DNA of 32,000 nt from Candidatus Saccharimonadota bacterium (GTDB lineage: Bacteria; Patescibacteriota; Saccharimonadia; Saccharimonadales; Saccharimonadaceae). The notes under the pieces were generated by a model. That model did no database searches and was not told the origin of the DNA. It saw only the letters and a list, made by a program, of their open reading frames with translations. Positions 24,939-32,000 of this stretch are shown in pieces. The translations under genes and the position numbers were made by a program. Positions within the stretch are counted from its first letter, which is position 1; every line of letters starts with the position of its first letter. Location: the NCBI GenBank assembly GCA_020160975.1, contig JAIUPJ010000001.1, positions 660,001-692,000 of the forward strand, given 5' to 3'.

Positions 24939-25418
24939 ATGACCTTTTTGATCGTTCTCGGCATTTACTTTGCAGCACTGTTTCTCGTTGGCTGGATGTC
25001 GCGACGGAGCATGGGGTTTCCGGCCCTCACTCTTGCAGCCGGTGCGCTGATTGCAGATTTGTGGACAGACAGCCTGACACCGGTGGTTGCGCAATCGGGG
25101 TTGGTGATCGTCAAACCGCCACTTGAGAGTCTGGTGGCAATTGTATTGACATTGCTACCGGCGTTTGTCGTGATGATGCGTGCGCCAAAGATGGCGAGCA
25201 AACACCATGGATGGTTTGGTTCGCTCGTGTTTGCAACGCTAGGTGTCATGCTAACCTATGCGGCATTTAGCAATGCGGTTGTGCTCGATGAAGGAAGCAA
25301 GGATATTGTGCGACAGATTTTTAGCCGCGAGGCGATTATTACGACTGCTGCAATTTTGCTCGCTGTACTCGAAGTGTTACTGTACCGCAAACCGCATACG
25401 CATGACAAGCATAAATAG
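24939..25418 (+). CDS. hypothetical membrane protein (about 4-5 TM segments)
   Basis: 159-aa hydrophobic ORF. TATAAT (24926-24931) lies 7 nt before the ATG. No family recognised. Confidence 0.55.
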   Translation: MTFLIVLGIYFAALFLVGWMSRRSMGFPALTLAAGALIADLWTDSLTPVVAQSGLVIVKPPLESLVAIVLTLLPAFVVMMRAPKMASKHHGWFGSLVFATLGVMLTYAAFSNAVVLDEGSKDIVRQIFSREAIITTAAILLAVLEVLLYRKPHTHDKHK

Positions 25419-25479
25419 TAGAAACAATGAGATTGACAGGGGTGATGTCTCAGTGGTATAGTCATAAAGTTACCTTTAC

Positions 25480-25556
25480 GGGTCCGTAGCTCAGCTGGTT
25501 AGAGCACCTGCCTTTTAAGCAGGGTGTCATGGGTTCAAGCCCCATCGGACCCTCCA
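25480..25556 (+). tRNA. tRNA-Lys (UUU)
   Basis: GGGTCCG TA GCTC AGCTGGTTA GAGC A CCTGC CTTTTAA GCAGG GTGTC ATGGG TTCAAGC CCCAT CGGACCC T CCA is a perfect cloverleaf with CCA encoded. An extended -10 TGgTATAGT sits at 25454-25462. Confidence 0.95.
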
Positions 25557-25558
25557 AG

Positions 25559-25592
25559 AAAATACACTCGCCTTGTGCGGGTGTATTTTCTT
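25559..25592 (+). terminator. intrinsic terminator of tRNA-Lys
   Basis: AAAATACACTCGC-cttgt-GCGGGTGTATTTT is a 13-bp stem with one G-U pair, followed by CTT. Confidence 0.8.
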
Positions 25593-25730
25593 GGAAAGAT
25601 TTATGAACCTGAACACCGTTGGCACCCTGCAAGGGTGGAATGGGTGAGGATTGCCCGTCGGCAATCCGCAAGGCAATGTCACAAATGGGCTACGCACATT
25701 TGACTGACTTGCGGGGTTGCGGAACGTGAC

Positions 25731-25787
25731 CAAGCCCCATCGGACCCTCCAAGAAAAACACTCACGTTTGTGAGTGTTTTTCTTTGG
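25731..25787 (+). repeat. duplicate of the tRNA-Lys 3' end (27 nt identical) plus its own terminator hairpin
   Basis: CAAGCCCCATCGGACCCTCCAAGAAAA at 25731-25757 equals 25536-25562. It is followed by AAAAACACTCAC-gttt-GTGAGTGTTTTT (25754-25785). Confidence 0.9.
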
Positions 25788-25805
25788 TGCTACCATACCC
25801 GTAGT

Positions 25806-27251
25806 ATGTATTGGTTGCGAGCAAGAGTTCACCCGATGTGGCAGGTGACTGCGGCGTGTTTGGGCGTGTTGGTTGGCGTGGGGTGCGCTCAATGGGCAAA
25901 TCGATTTGATGCCGCGTGGTGGCTGGTGTTGGCTATGGGCATCGCTGTAGCCTGTATTGTCGTTGGCCAGCGCTGGATGCTGGTTGGCATGGTGATTGCA
26001 GGCGGGCTGTTGGGCTTGTGGCGGGGGAGTGTTGCGCAACACGACATTACGATGTACAGCAATCAATTTGGCCAGCATGTCCGCTTGACGGGCAAAGTTA
26101 CCGAAGATCCTGAAACAAACAAACGAGGGGAATTGGTGCTGCGGTTAGGTGCGATCTCGGATCATGGGCGAAGTCTTGGTGGTGAGTTGTGGGTGACGAC
26201 GAGCAACCATCCTGGGCTCCAGCGGAGTGACCGCGTAGTGATCGATGGCAAGCTGACGGAAGGATTTGGTAGTTTTGCTGCATCGATCAAGAAAGCAACT
26301 ATTATTTCAGTGCAACGAGAACAACCTGGCGATATCGCGCTAGTTATTCGCAATGACTTCTCGGCGCATGTCGAACAGGCGGTACATGGAGCGGCAGCAA
26401 GCCTCGGTATCGGTTATTTGCTGGGAGAGAAGCAGGGACTGCCCGAAGAGCTTGTGACTGCGCTCAAAGTCGCAGGTCTGACGCACATTGTGGTGGCGAG
26501 TGGATATAATTTGACAGTGTTGGTGCGACTCGCACGTCGATTGTTTGAAAAAGTTTCAAAATTTCTCTCGATGTTTACCAGTGCGCTGCTGATTGGCGGG
26601 TTCATGGCAGTGACGGGTCTCAGCCCGAGCATGACACGGGCCGGGTTAGTTTCACTTCTGGCGCTATGGGCGTGGTACTATGGCCGTCGGTTTCACCCGG
26701 TTTGTTTACTGGGACTTGCGGGTGCTATCACGGTGCTGGTAAATCCAAGCTATGAATGGGGCAATCTCGGCTGGCAGCTAAGCTTCGCTGCTTTTGCTGG
26801 GGTGATGATAGTGGCACCGCTCGTGCATGCTTACTTTTTTGGTGAGGACAAACCGCACTTTGTAGCACAAATATTGATCGAGACAATTGCTGCACAGATT
26901 GCAACGCTGCCGATCATCTTGTTTGCGTTTGGCCAGCTCAGTAACGTCGCCCCTCTCGCGAACTTGCTGATTGTACCGGCTGTCCCCTACGCGATGCTAC
27001 TGGTATTTGTAGCCGGCCTTGGGGCGTATGTGTTGCCACAATTTGCCACGATCATCGCCTGGCCCGCGCAGATTGTGCTTGATGCCATGATTGCGATTGT
27101 AAATTGGTGTGCAAACCTCAGTTGGGCGCAATCTACCCTCCAGCTGCAATGGTGGGGCGTCCTGCTATGGTATGCCACACTGATGGGCCTTTGCTGGTAT
27201 ATGTGGCGCGTGACTAAGTATCGGTTCCACAACTCTTCCATCGTCGAGTAG
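25806..27251 (+). CDS. comEC: ComEC/Rec2-family DNA internalization channel (DUF4131 OB-fold plus competence domain; no C-terminal metallo-beta-lactamase domain)
   Basis: N-terminal TM segments are followed by an OB-like region (VRLTGKVTEDPE...VVIDGKLTEG). The competence domain reads LLGEKQGLPEELVTALKVAGLTHIVVASGYNLTVLV. The protein ends after the last TM segments at 481 aa. ATG 25806 is preferred because the track start 25770 lies inside the terminator hairpin. Confidence 0.85.
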   Translation: MYWLRARVHPMWQVTAACLGVLVGVGCAQWANRFDAAWWLVLAMGIAVACIVVGQRWMLVGMVIAGGLLGLWRGSVAQHDITMYSNQFGQHVRLTGKVTEDPETNKRGELVLRLGAISDHGRSLGGELWVTTSNHPGLQRSDRVVIDGKLTEGFGSFAASIKKATIISVQREQPGDIALVIRNDFSAHVEQAVHGAAASLGIGYLLGEKQGLPEELVTALKVAGLTHIVVASGYNLTVLVRLARRLFEKVSKFLSMFTSALLIGGFMAVTGLSPSMTRAGLVSLLALWAWYYGRRFHPVCLLGLAGAITVLVNPSYEWGNLGWQLSFAAFAGVMIVAPLVHAYFFGEDKPHFVAQILIETIAAQIATLPIILFAFGQLSNVAPLANLLIVPAVPYAMLLVFVAGLGAYVLPQFATIIAWPAQIVLDAMIAIVNWCANLSWAQSTLQLQWWGVLLWYATLMGLCWYMWRVTKYRFHNSSIVE

Positions 27252-27260
27252 CCCGATATC

Positions 27261-27269
27261 TGGTATAAT
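27261..27269 (+). promoter_or_regulatory. extended -10 promoter element upstream of yebC
   Basis: TGgTATAAT lies about 41 nt upstream of ATG 27311. Confidence 0.4.
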
Positions 27270-27310
27270 AACTCTATAACGACGGAATAATTAAACGAGA
27301 AAACAACGGT

Positions 27311-28033
27311 ATGGCAGGTCATAATAAATGGTCAAAAATTAAACGTGACAAAGGTGTCAATGACGCGAAACGCGGGGCGGTCTTTACAAGAATTGGTAAT
27401 ATGATTGCAATGGCTGCACGCGGGGGAACTGACCCAAATATGAATCCTGCACTGGCGCTTGCTATCGAAAAAGCACGCCAGGCCAACATGCCAAAAGACA
27501 ATATTCAGCGTTCGATCGACCGCGTGGCTGACAAAAATGCTGCGCAACTCGAAGAAGCAACCTATGAAGGCTATGGGCCAGGCGGTATCGGTATCATCGT
27601 TGAGACGGCGACAGACAACAAAAACCGCACCTTCCCCGAAGTACGCACCGCCCTCACTAAAAATGGGGCAACTATGGCCGATGCTGGCAGTGTGATGTTT
27701 CAGTTCACTCGTAAGGGCGTGATACGAGTGGCCGATACTGGTGAGGATGCGCTGCTGAGGGTGCTCGATGCGGGCGCGGAAGACGCGGCCGAAGAAGACG
27801 ATGGTCTAACAGTCTATACCGACATGAAAGATCTCGCAAAAGTTCGCACCGCGATTGTGGATGCCGGCCTAACGGTAGATGACGCTGAATTGCAATACGT
27901 GCCAAATAACCACATTGAAATTGCCGACGAAGAAACCGCTCGCAAGATTATGAAAATTCTCGATGCACTCGATGAGATTGATGACGTGGTGAATGTGCAT
28001 ACGAACGCTGATATCATTGTCGAACTAGTGTAA
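27311..28033 (+). CDS. yebC: YebC/PmpR-family DNA-binding regulator / translation factor
   Basis: MAGHNKWSKIKRDKGVNDAKRGAVFTRIGNMIAMAARGG.DPNMNPALALAIEKARQANMPKDNIQRSI is the hallmark N-terminus. Confidence 0.95.
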   Translation: MAGHNKWSKIKRDKGVNDAKRGAVFTRIGNMIAMAARGGTDPNMNPALALAIEKARQANMPKDNIQRSIDRVADKNAAQLEEATYEGYGPGGIGIIVETATDNKNRTFPEVRTALTKNGATMADAGSVMFQFTRKGVIRVADTGEDALLRVLDAGAEDAAEEDDGLTVYTDMKDLAKVRTAIVDAGLTVDDAELQYVPNNHIEIADEETARKIMKILDALDEIDDVVNVHTNADIIVELV

Positions 28034-28132
28034 CTTGTTGTAATTTTCTCAAAAACTTCTTGCTCATGTTTGCGTTTGGTTTCGGAGGGGCGTATACCAG
28101 AAGAAATAAGTTTTTTACTGGAGGGAGCGACG

Positions 28133-29893
28133 ATGAAGCGGCGTATTGCTGGTGGGGTTTTGACGGGAGCGTGCGCAGGAGTCATGCTTGCCATGATGGC
28201 TACCGTGCCACCTGCTCGCGCGGTCTCGCAATCGGTCGTGATTCGTAGTATTCTTGCGGCCGATAGTATCGATACAAACGACGAATTAATTGAGCTAGAA
28301 AACCTGTCGGCACAGCCCGTCGATATGACGGATTGGTCGCTGGTCTATATATCATCGACAAACTCTATGACGTCGTTTCATACATTTCGCACTGATAGTG
28401 CAACGACACGCCTCATCCTGCCGGGGCATACGCGCGAGACTGTCTTTTCTACAAAATACATTGCCAATCACCCCACAGCAAATGGTTATAATGGCGCAGA
28501 GTCTTTTTCGGGCCGAATGGGCCTTGCGACAGCCGGAGTCGAACTGCGTGACGATACGGACACTGCTGTTGATACAGTACGATGGGGCACCTGGCCATCG
28601 AGTGTAGATGCCTCCCCAGCACCATCACTACTAGCTACAACCTTACTTCAGCGTCGTGGAATCGATACCGATAGCAACCGGGCTGACTTTGAGTTGCTGC
28701 CTCAGGCTGACAAACAATTTAGTTATGGTAACCTGTTTGAGGTTGAGGATGTGTGTATAAATATCGAGGGATTGCAGCTTGGTGTGCCAGATGCGATGCG
28801 ACTTGACGAGAGTGGGTCTTGTGTATCAGCAGACGTATGTCCAAATATTACAGGTGTTCAGCTTGAAGTACCGGTCGGGCAAGAGCTGTACCGTGGTCAG
28901 TGTGAACTTGAGTTTATACCTGAGTCGATTTTTATTACAGAGTTGATGCCTAATCCAAGCGGAGTTGACACGGGTAATGAGTTTATCGAATTGTATAACG
29001 ATAGTGACCATGAGGTACAGTTGGATGACTATTACCTGGAGAGTGCTGGCAAGCACATTGGCTTTCCAATGGGCAGTGTACTACTGGCGAAACAATACCT
29101 GAGCTTTAGTGATACTGAGCTAGGTATCGTTCTCGGGAATACACAAGGATCTGTGCTGACACTGAAGTCTCGCAACAATAAAGTTGTCGATGAAGTGCCG
29201 CTCTATCTCAATGCACCAATTGACTCATCGTGGGCGTGGGTGAATGATGCGTGGCAGTACACAAACCAGTCAACACCAAATGCTGCCAATAAGCCGTCGT
29301 TGATTGAGGATGGGGAAGTGCTGACACCCGACACAAGTTTGGTGGTATGCCGCGATGGGTATTATCGAAATCCGGAAACCAATCGCTGCAACAAAATCAA
29401 AACAGAAGAGGTGGCAACTGCTTGCAAGCCAACGCAATATCGCAGTGAAGAGACCGGACGGTGTCGGAACTACGCCGTAGCAGCGACACCTGCTGCCTGC
29501 AAAGAAGGGCAATACCGCAGTGAGGAGACAGGGAGATGTCGCTCAATCGCATTGGCAGCCGCTGTAACACTGAAGCCATGCGATGATGATCAGTTTCGTA
29601 ATCCTGCGACTGGTCGTTGCAAGCAAATTGCCAGCACCGATGATCTGCCAAAACCATGTGCCGAAGGGTACGAGCGCAACCCTGAGACAAATCGCTGTCG
29701 AAAACTACAGGTCTCGAGCATGCCACTAGCGGCATTTCCGGTTGAGCCGGTGCAACCTGGTGCTTCTACCATTGGCGTGTGGGCAACGGCAGGTGCAGTT
29801 GTCACGGCAGGGCTAGGGTATGCGGCGTGGGAATGGCGACGTGAACTGGTGGGTGCCGCCCAGCGTTTGCGCGCATTTATGACAAGCAAGTAG
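28133..29893 (+). CDS. membrane-anchored surface protein with two lamin-tail domains (LTD) and Cys-bracketed repeats
   Basis: GGAGGGAG SD is upstream. Signal peptide is MKRRIAGGVLTGACAGVMLAMMATVPPARA. LTD 1 is VVIRSILAAD...DELIELENLSAQPVDMTDWSL. LTD 2 is IFITELMPNPSGVDTGNEFIELYNDSDHEVQLDDYYL. There are 2 DVCxNIxGxQLxVP repeats and 5 CxxxxYRNPETNRC-type repeats. A C-terminal TM anchor is followed by WEWRREL. The track start at 28070 is an upstream extension. Confidence 0.8.
   Translation: MKRRIAGGVLTGACAGVMLAMMATVPPARAVSQSVVIRSILAADSIDTNDELIELENLSAQPVDMTDWSLVYISSTNSMTSFHTFRTDSATTRLILPGHTRETVFSTKYIANHPTANGYNGAESFSGRMGLATAGVELRDDTDTAVDTVRWGTWPSSVDASPAPSLLATTLLQRRGIDTDSNRADFELLPQADKQFSYGNLFEVEDVCINIEGLQLGVPDAMRLDESGSCVSADVCPNITGVQLEVPVGQELYRGQCELEFIPESIFITELMPNPSGVDTGNEFIELYNDSDHEVQLDDYYLESAGKHIGFPMGSVLLAKQYLSFSDTELGIVLGNTQGSVLTLKSRNNKVVDEVPLYLNAPIDSSWAWVNDAWQYTNQSTPNAANKPSLIEDGEVLTPDTSLVVCRDGYYRNPETNRCNKIKTEEVATACKPTQYRSEETGRCRNYAVAATPAACKEGQYRSEETGRCRSIALAAAVTLKPCDDDQFRNPATGRCKQIASTDDLPKPCAEGYERNPETNRCRKLQVSSMPLAAFPVEPVQPGASTIGVWATAGAVVTAGLGYAAWEWRRELVGAAQRLRAFMTSK
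29348..29698 (+). repeat. five tandem coding repeats of a two-Cys motif within the LTD protein gene
   Basis: The repeats are CRDGYYRNPETNRC, CKPTQYRSEETGRC, CKEGQYRSEETGRC, CDDDQFRNPATGRC and CAEGYERNPETNRC, spaced about 23-26 codons apart. Confidence 0.8.
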
Positions 29894-29908
29894 GCTATAC
29901 TAGAACAC

Positions 29909-30391
29909 ATGAGAATTATCGGTATCGATCCGGGGACAGGGATCCTTGGGTTTGGGGTCATTGACGTCAAGAAGGGCAGGGTAGCACTGGTGACTGCCGG
30001 TGTTATCACTACCCCACCCCATACTCCCCTGCCCGATCGACTCGAAGAAATCTACGATGGCCTCAGTGGTATTATTGCCGAGACCAAACCAACAGTCATG
30101 GCAATCGAAAAGCTGTATTTTGCGCGCAATGTCACGACGGCGATCTCTGTCTCGCACGCGCGCGGTGTGGCAATGCTAACCGGGCGGCAGGCAAGGCTGC
30201 AGATCGAGGAATACACACCGCTGCAAATTAAACAGTCGCTGACAGGCTATGGCAAGGCTGACAAAAAGCAGGTGCAGGAAATGGTGCGAATTCACCTAGG
30301 CCTCAAGGAAGTGCCAAAACCAGACGATTGTGCTGATGCTCTGGCGACGGCGATTATGTGCGCCTTCATGTTGCGCGGGCAGGACAAGTAG
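29909..30391 (+). CDS. ruvC: crossover junction endodeoxyribonuclease RuvC
   Basis: MRIIGIDPGTGILGFGVID...VMAIEKLYFARNVTTAISVSHARG...ADKKQVQEMV...PKPDDCADALATAI matches RuvC. TATACT (29896-29901) lies 7 nt before the ATG. Confidence 0.93.
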   Translation: MRIIGIDPGTGILGFGVIDVKKGRVALVTAGVITTPPHTPLPDRLEEIYDGLSGIIAETKPTVMAIEKLYFARNVTTAISVSHARGVAMLTGRQARLQIEEYTPLQIKQSLTGYGKADKKQVQEMVRIHLGLKEVPKPDDCADALATAIMCAFMLRGQDK

Positions 30392-30406
30392 TATAATGGG
30401 TGGAGC

Positions 30407-32000
30407 ATGAATCGAAAGAAGCAACCAGCTCATCTTGGACAGTATGCAAACCTCGCTAAGCGCAAGCGAGTAGCACGCGTGCGGGCGAGACGAACGGGAC
30501 GATTTGCCTGGTTTTGGAATCTTAGTCGCAAGAAAAAATTGTTGCTACTAGCAGCACCTATCGTTATTTTTTTGATTGCCACGCCGTTGGTGACCTATCT
30601 CATGTTGGTAAATGACATTCGCGACCCTGAGCGTTTGATGAACCGCAACAATACCGGCATTGTGCTCGAGGATGCCAGCGGTGCTCCGTTCTTTACTGTG
30701 GGCCGCGCTGAACATCGCAATCAAGTGCCGCTTGACCAAATATCGGACCCGATGAAAAAGGCACTGATCGCGAGTGAAGATAAAGATTTTTATAAGCACG
30801 GAGGCTTCAGCGCCTTTAGTATTGCGCGCGCGCTGGTGACACGGACGGGCGGTGGTTCAACCCTGACTCAGCAATTGGTGAAGAACACATTACTAACCGA
30901 CGAGCATAGTTTTTTGCGCAAGTACCAAGAATTATTTATGGCGGTTGCCGTTGAGCAAAATTACACCAAAGACGAGATCCTAGATATGTATCTCAACTCA
31001 GTGTATTTTGGTGAAAATGCTTTTGGTATCGACGATGCTGCGCGGGTGTATTTCAATAAATCGCCAAATGAGCTGACAGTCGCGGAAAGCGCCATGCTCG
31101 TAGGCCTCTTGCCTGCCCCAAGCGCTTACTCGCCGATTAGCGGCACTATGGAGTATGCAAAATCGCGCCAAAATCGTGTACTATCTCGCATGGTGACCGA
31201 GGGGTATATCACCGAAGCAGAAAAAACCGCGGCCTACAATCAGGAATTGGCATACGGCAAAGGTGCGTCAACAGACAATACTACTGCACCGCATTTCGTC
31301 GAGATGGTGATCAACCAGCTGAGTGAGAAATACGGGTATGAAACGGTGATGCGTTCGGGTTACCAAGTTAAGACGACGCTTGATTTGGATGCGCAAAAGA
31401 AGCTTGAGGACAGTGTCGCGGCGGGCATGCCGCATATCAATGCAATGGGAGGCAGCAATGCAAGCGGCATCGTGATCGACCCAAAGAGTGGCGCAATTCG
31501 TGCGCTCGTGGGAAGCGCGGACTATAACAATGATAAGTGGGGCAAAGTAAACATGGTGACAACGGCACGCCAGCCGGGCTCCAGCTTCAAGCCGATTTAT
31601 TATGCGGCAGCTCTTGCCGATGGTGTGATTACACCTGCGACGATTCTGCATGATGTGCGCACTGATTTCGGTGGCGGCTATGTGCCGCTCGATGCCGACA
31701 AAAAATTCCGCGGCGATATCTCGGTTCGGCGTGCAATTAGCCAGTCGCTCAACATTCCAAGCGTTGAGGTGATGCAAAAATACACCATCGACAAATCAGT
31801 CGCTGCGGCTAACAATCTCGGCATCTCGACAGTGAAAAAAGACGGGAATTATGGTCTGGCGCTGGCGCTCGGCGCAGCAGAGGTTCCGCTGGAGCAAATG
31901 ACAAATGCCTATGCAGCGTTTGCCAATCAAGGAGTGCAGCATACGCCAATTCTTGTCACGGGCATCAACAATAAATTTGGTAAGAGTATTTTCACGGCTC
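30407..32000 (+). CDS. class A penicillin-binding protein (PBP1A-type transglycosylase/transpeptidase), 3' end beyond the window
   Basis: Absent from the ORF track because there is no stop in the window. ATG 30407 follows GGTGGAG. A basic N-terminus and TM segment are followed by GT51 motifs (EDKDFYKHGG, GGSTLTQQLVKN, RKYQELFMAVAVEQNYTKDEILDMYLN). The transpeptidase SxxK motif is present (RQPGSSFKP). Confidence 0.9.
   Translation, partial: MNRKKQPAHLGQYANLAKRKRVARVRARRTGRFAWFWNLSRKKKLLLLAAPIVIFLIATPLVTYLMLVNDIRDPERLMNRNNTGIVLEDASGAPFFTVGRAEHRNQVPLDQISDPMKKALIASEDKDFYKHGGFSAFSIARALVTRTGGGSTLTQQLVKNTLLTDEHSFLRKYQELFMAVAVEQNYTKDEILDMYLNSVYFGENAFGIDDAARVYFNKSPNELTVAESAMLVGLLPAPSAYSPISGTMEYAKSRQNRVLSRMVTEGYITEAEKTAAYNQELAYGKGASTDNTTAPHFVEMVINQLSEKYGYETVMRSGYQVKTTLDLDAQKKLEDSVAAGMPHINAMGGSNASGIVIDPKSGAIRALVGSADYNNDKWGKVNMVTTARQPGSSFKPIYYAAALADGVITPATILHDVRTDFGGGYVPLDADKKFRGDISVRRAISQSLNIPSVEVMQKYTIDKSVAAANNLGISTVKKDGNYGLALALGAAEVPLEQMTNAYAAFANQGVQHTPILVTGINNKFGKSIFTA

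Noticed and set aside
25462-26078. Minus-strand ORFs 25462-25671 (69 aa) and 25527-26078 (183 aa).
   Set aside because: They run antisense across tRNA-Lys, both terminators and the comEC 5' end. The products are low-complexity (Pro/His/Gln/Arg-rich), with no start context.
1-32000. CRISPR arrays, cas genes, integrases or transposases, IS inverted repeats, toxin-antitoxin pairs and rRNA genes.
   Set aside because: No regularly spaced direct repeats were seen by eye, and no ORF had recombinase, transposase or Cas-like motifs. The only repeats found are the CIRCE operators, the two gene-end duplications and the coding repeats in the LTD gene.

Overview
This 32-kb window looks like it comes from a small-genome Patescibacteria/CPR-type bacterium. 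Gene content fits Saccharibacteria (TM7) best, but that is an inference and no marker was checked against a database.

Most of the window is housekeeping on the + strand:
- tilS-ftsH-murJ-lepA and a cytidylate-kinase-like gene.
- A heat-shock regulon with four CIRCE operators (hrcA-grpE, dnaK, dnaJ).
- One type IV pilin, a GlcD-like FAD oxidase, and a ComEC that lacks the metallo-beta-lactamase (MBL) domain.
- yebC, a lamin-tail-domain (LTD) surface protein, ruvC, and the start of a class A PBP.
- Two tRNAs: CAU and Lys-UUU.

The accessory part is about 18.35-24.7 kb. It holds an MFS transporter remnant and a formylglutamate-amidohydrolase (FGase)-like pseudogene. It also holds a visibly AT-richer island that joins two ATP-grasp ligases (RimK plus a divergent paralog), a retropepsin-like RimB-type protease, and a DUF1704/MATCAP-like metallocarboxypeptidase. 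The carboxypeptidase reading frame is restored only by a -1 shift at an A_AAA_AAT site.

Other second-look items:
- The 3' ends of lepA and of tRNA-Lys are each duplicated about 170-195 bp downstream, across short hairpin-rich inserts.
- The CIRCE design is stereotyped, with the -35 hexamer inside the operator spacer.
- Many genes have a -10 box 6-7 nt from the ATG, which implies leaderless mRNAs.
- About 1 kb next to tRNA(CAU) is unassigned and hairpin-rich, with three coupled mini-ORFs.

No CRISPR array, integrase or transposase was seen. Every call rests on reading the sequence and recalled family motifs. No searches were run.
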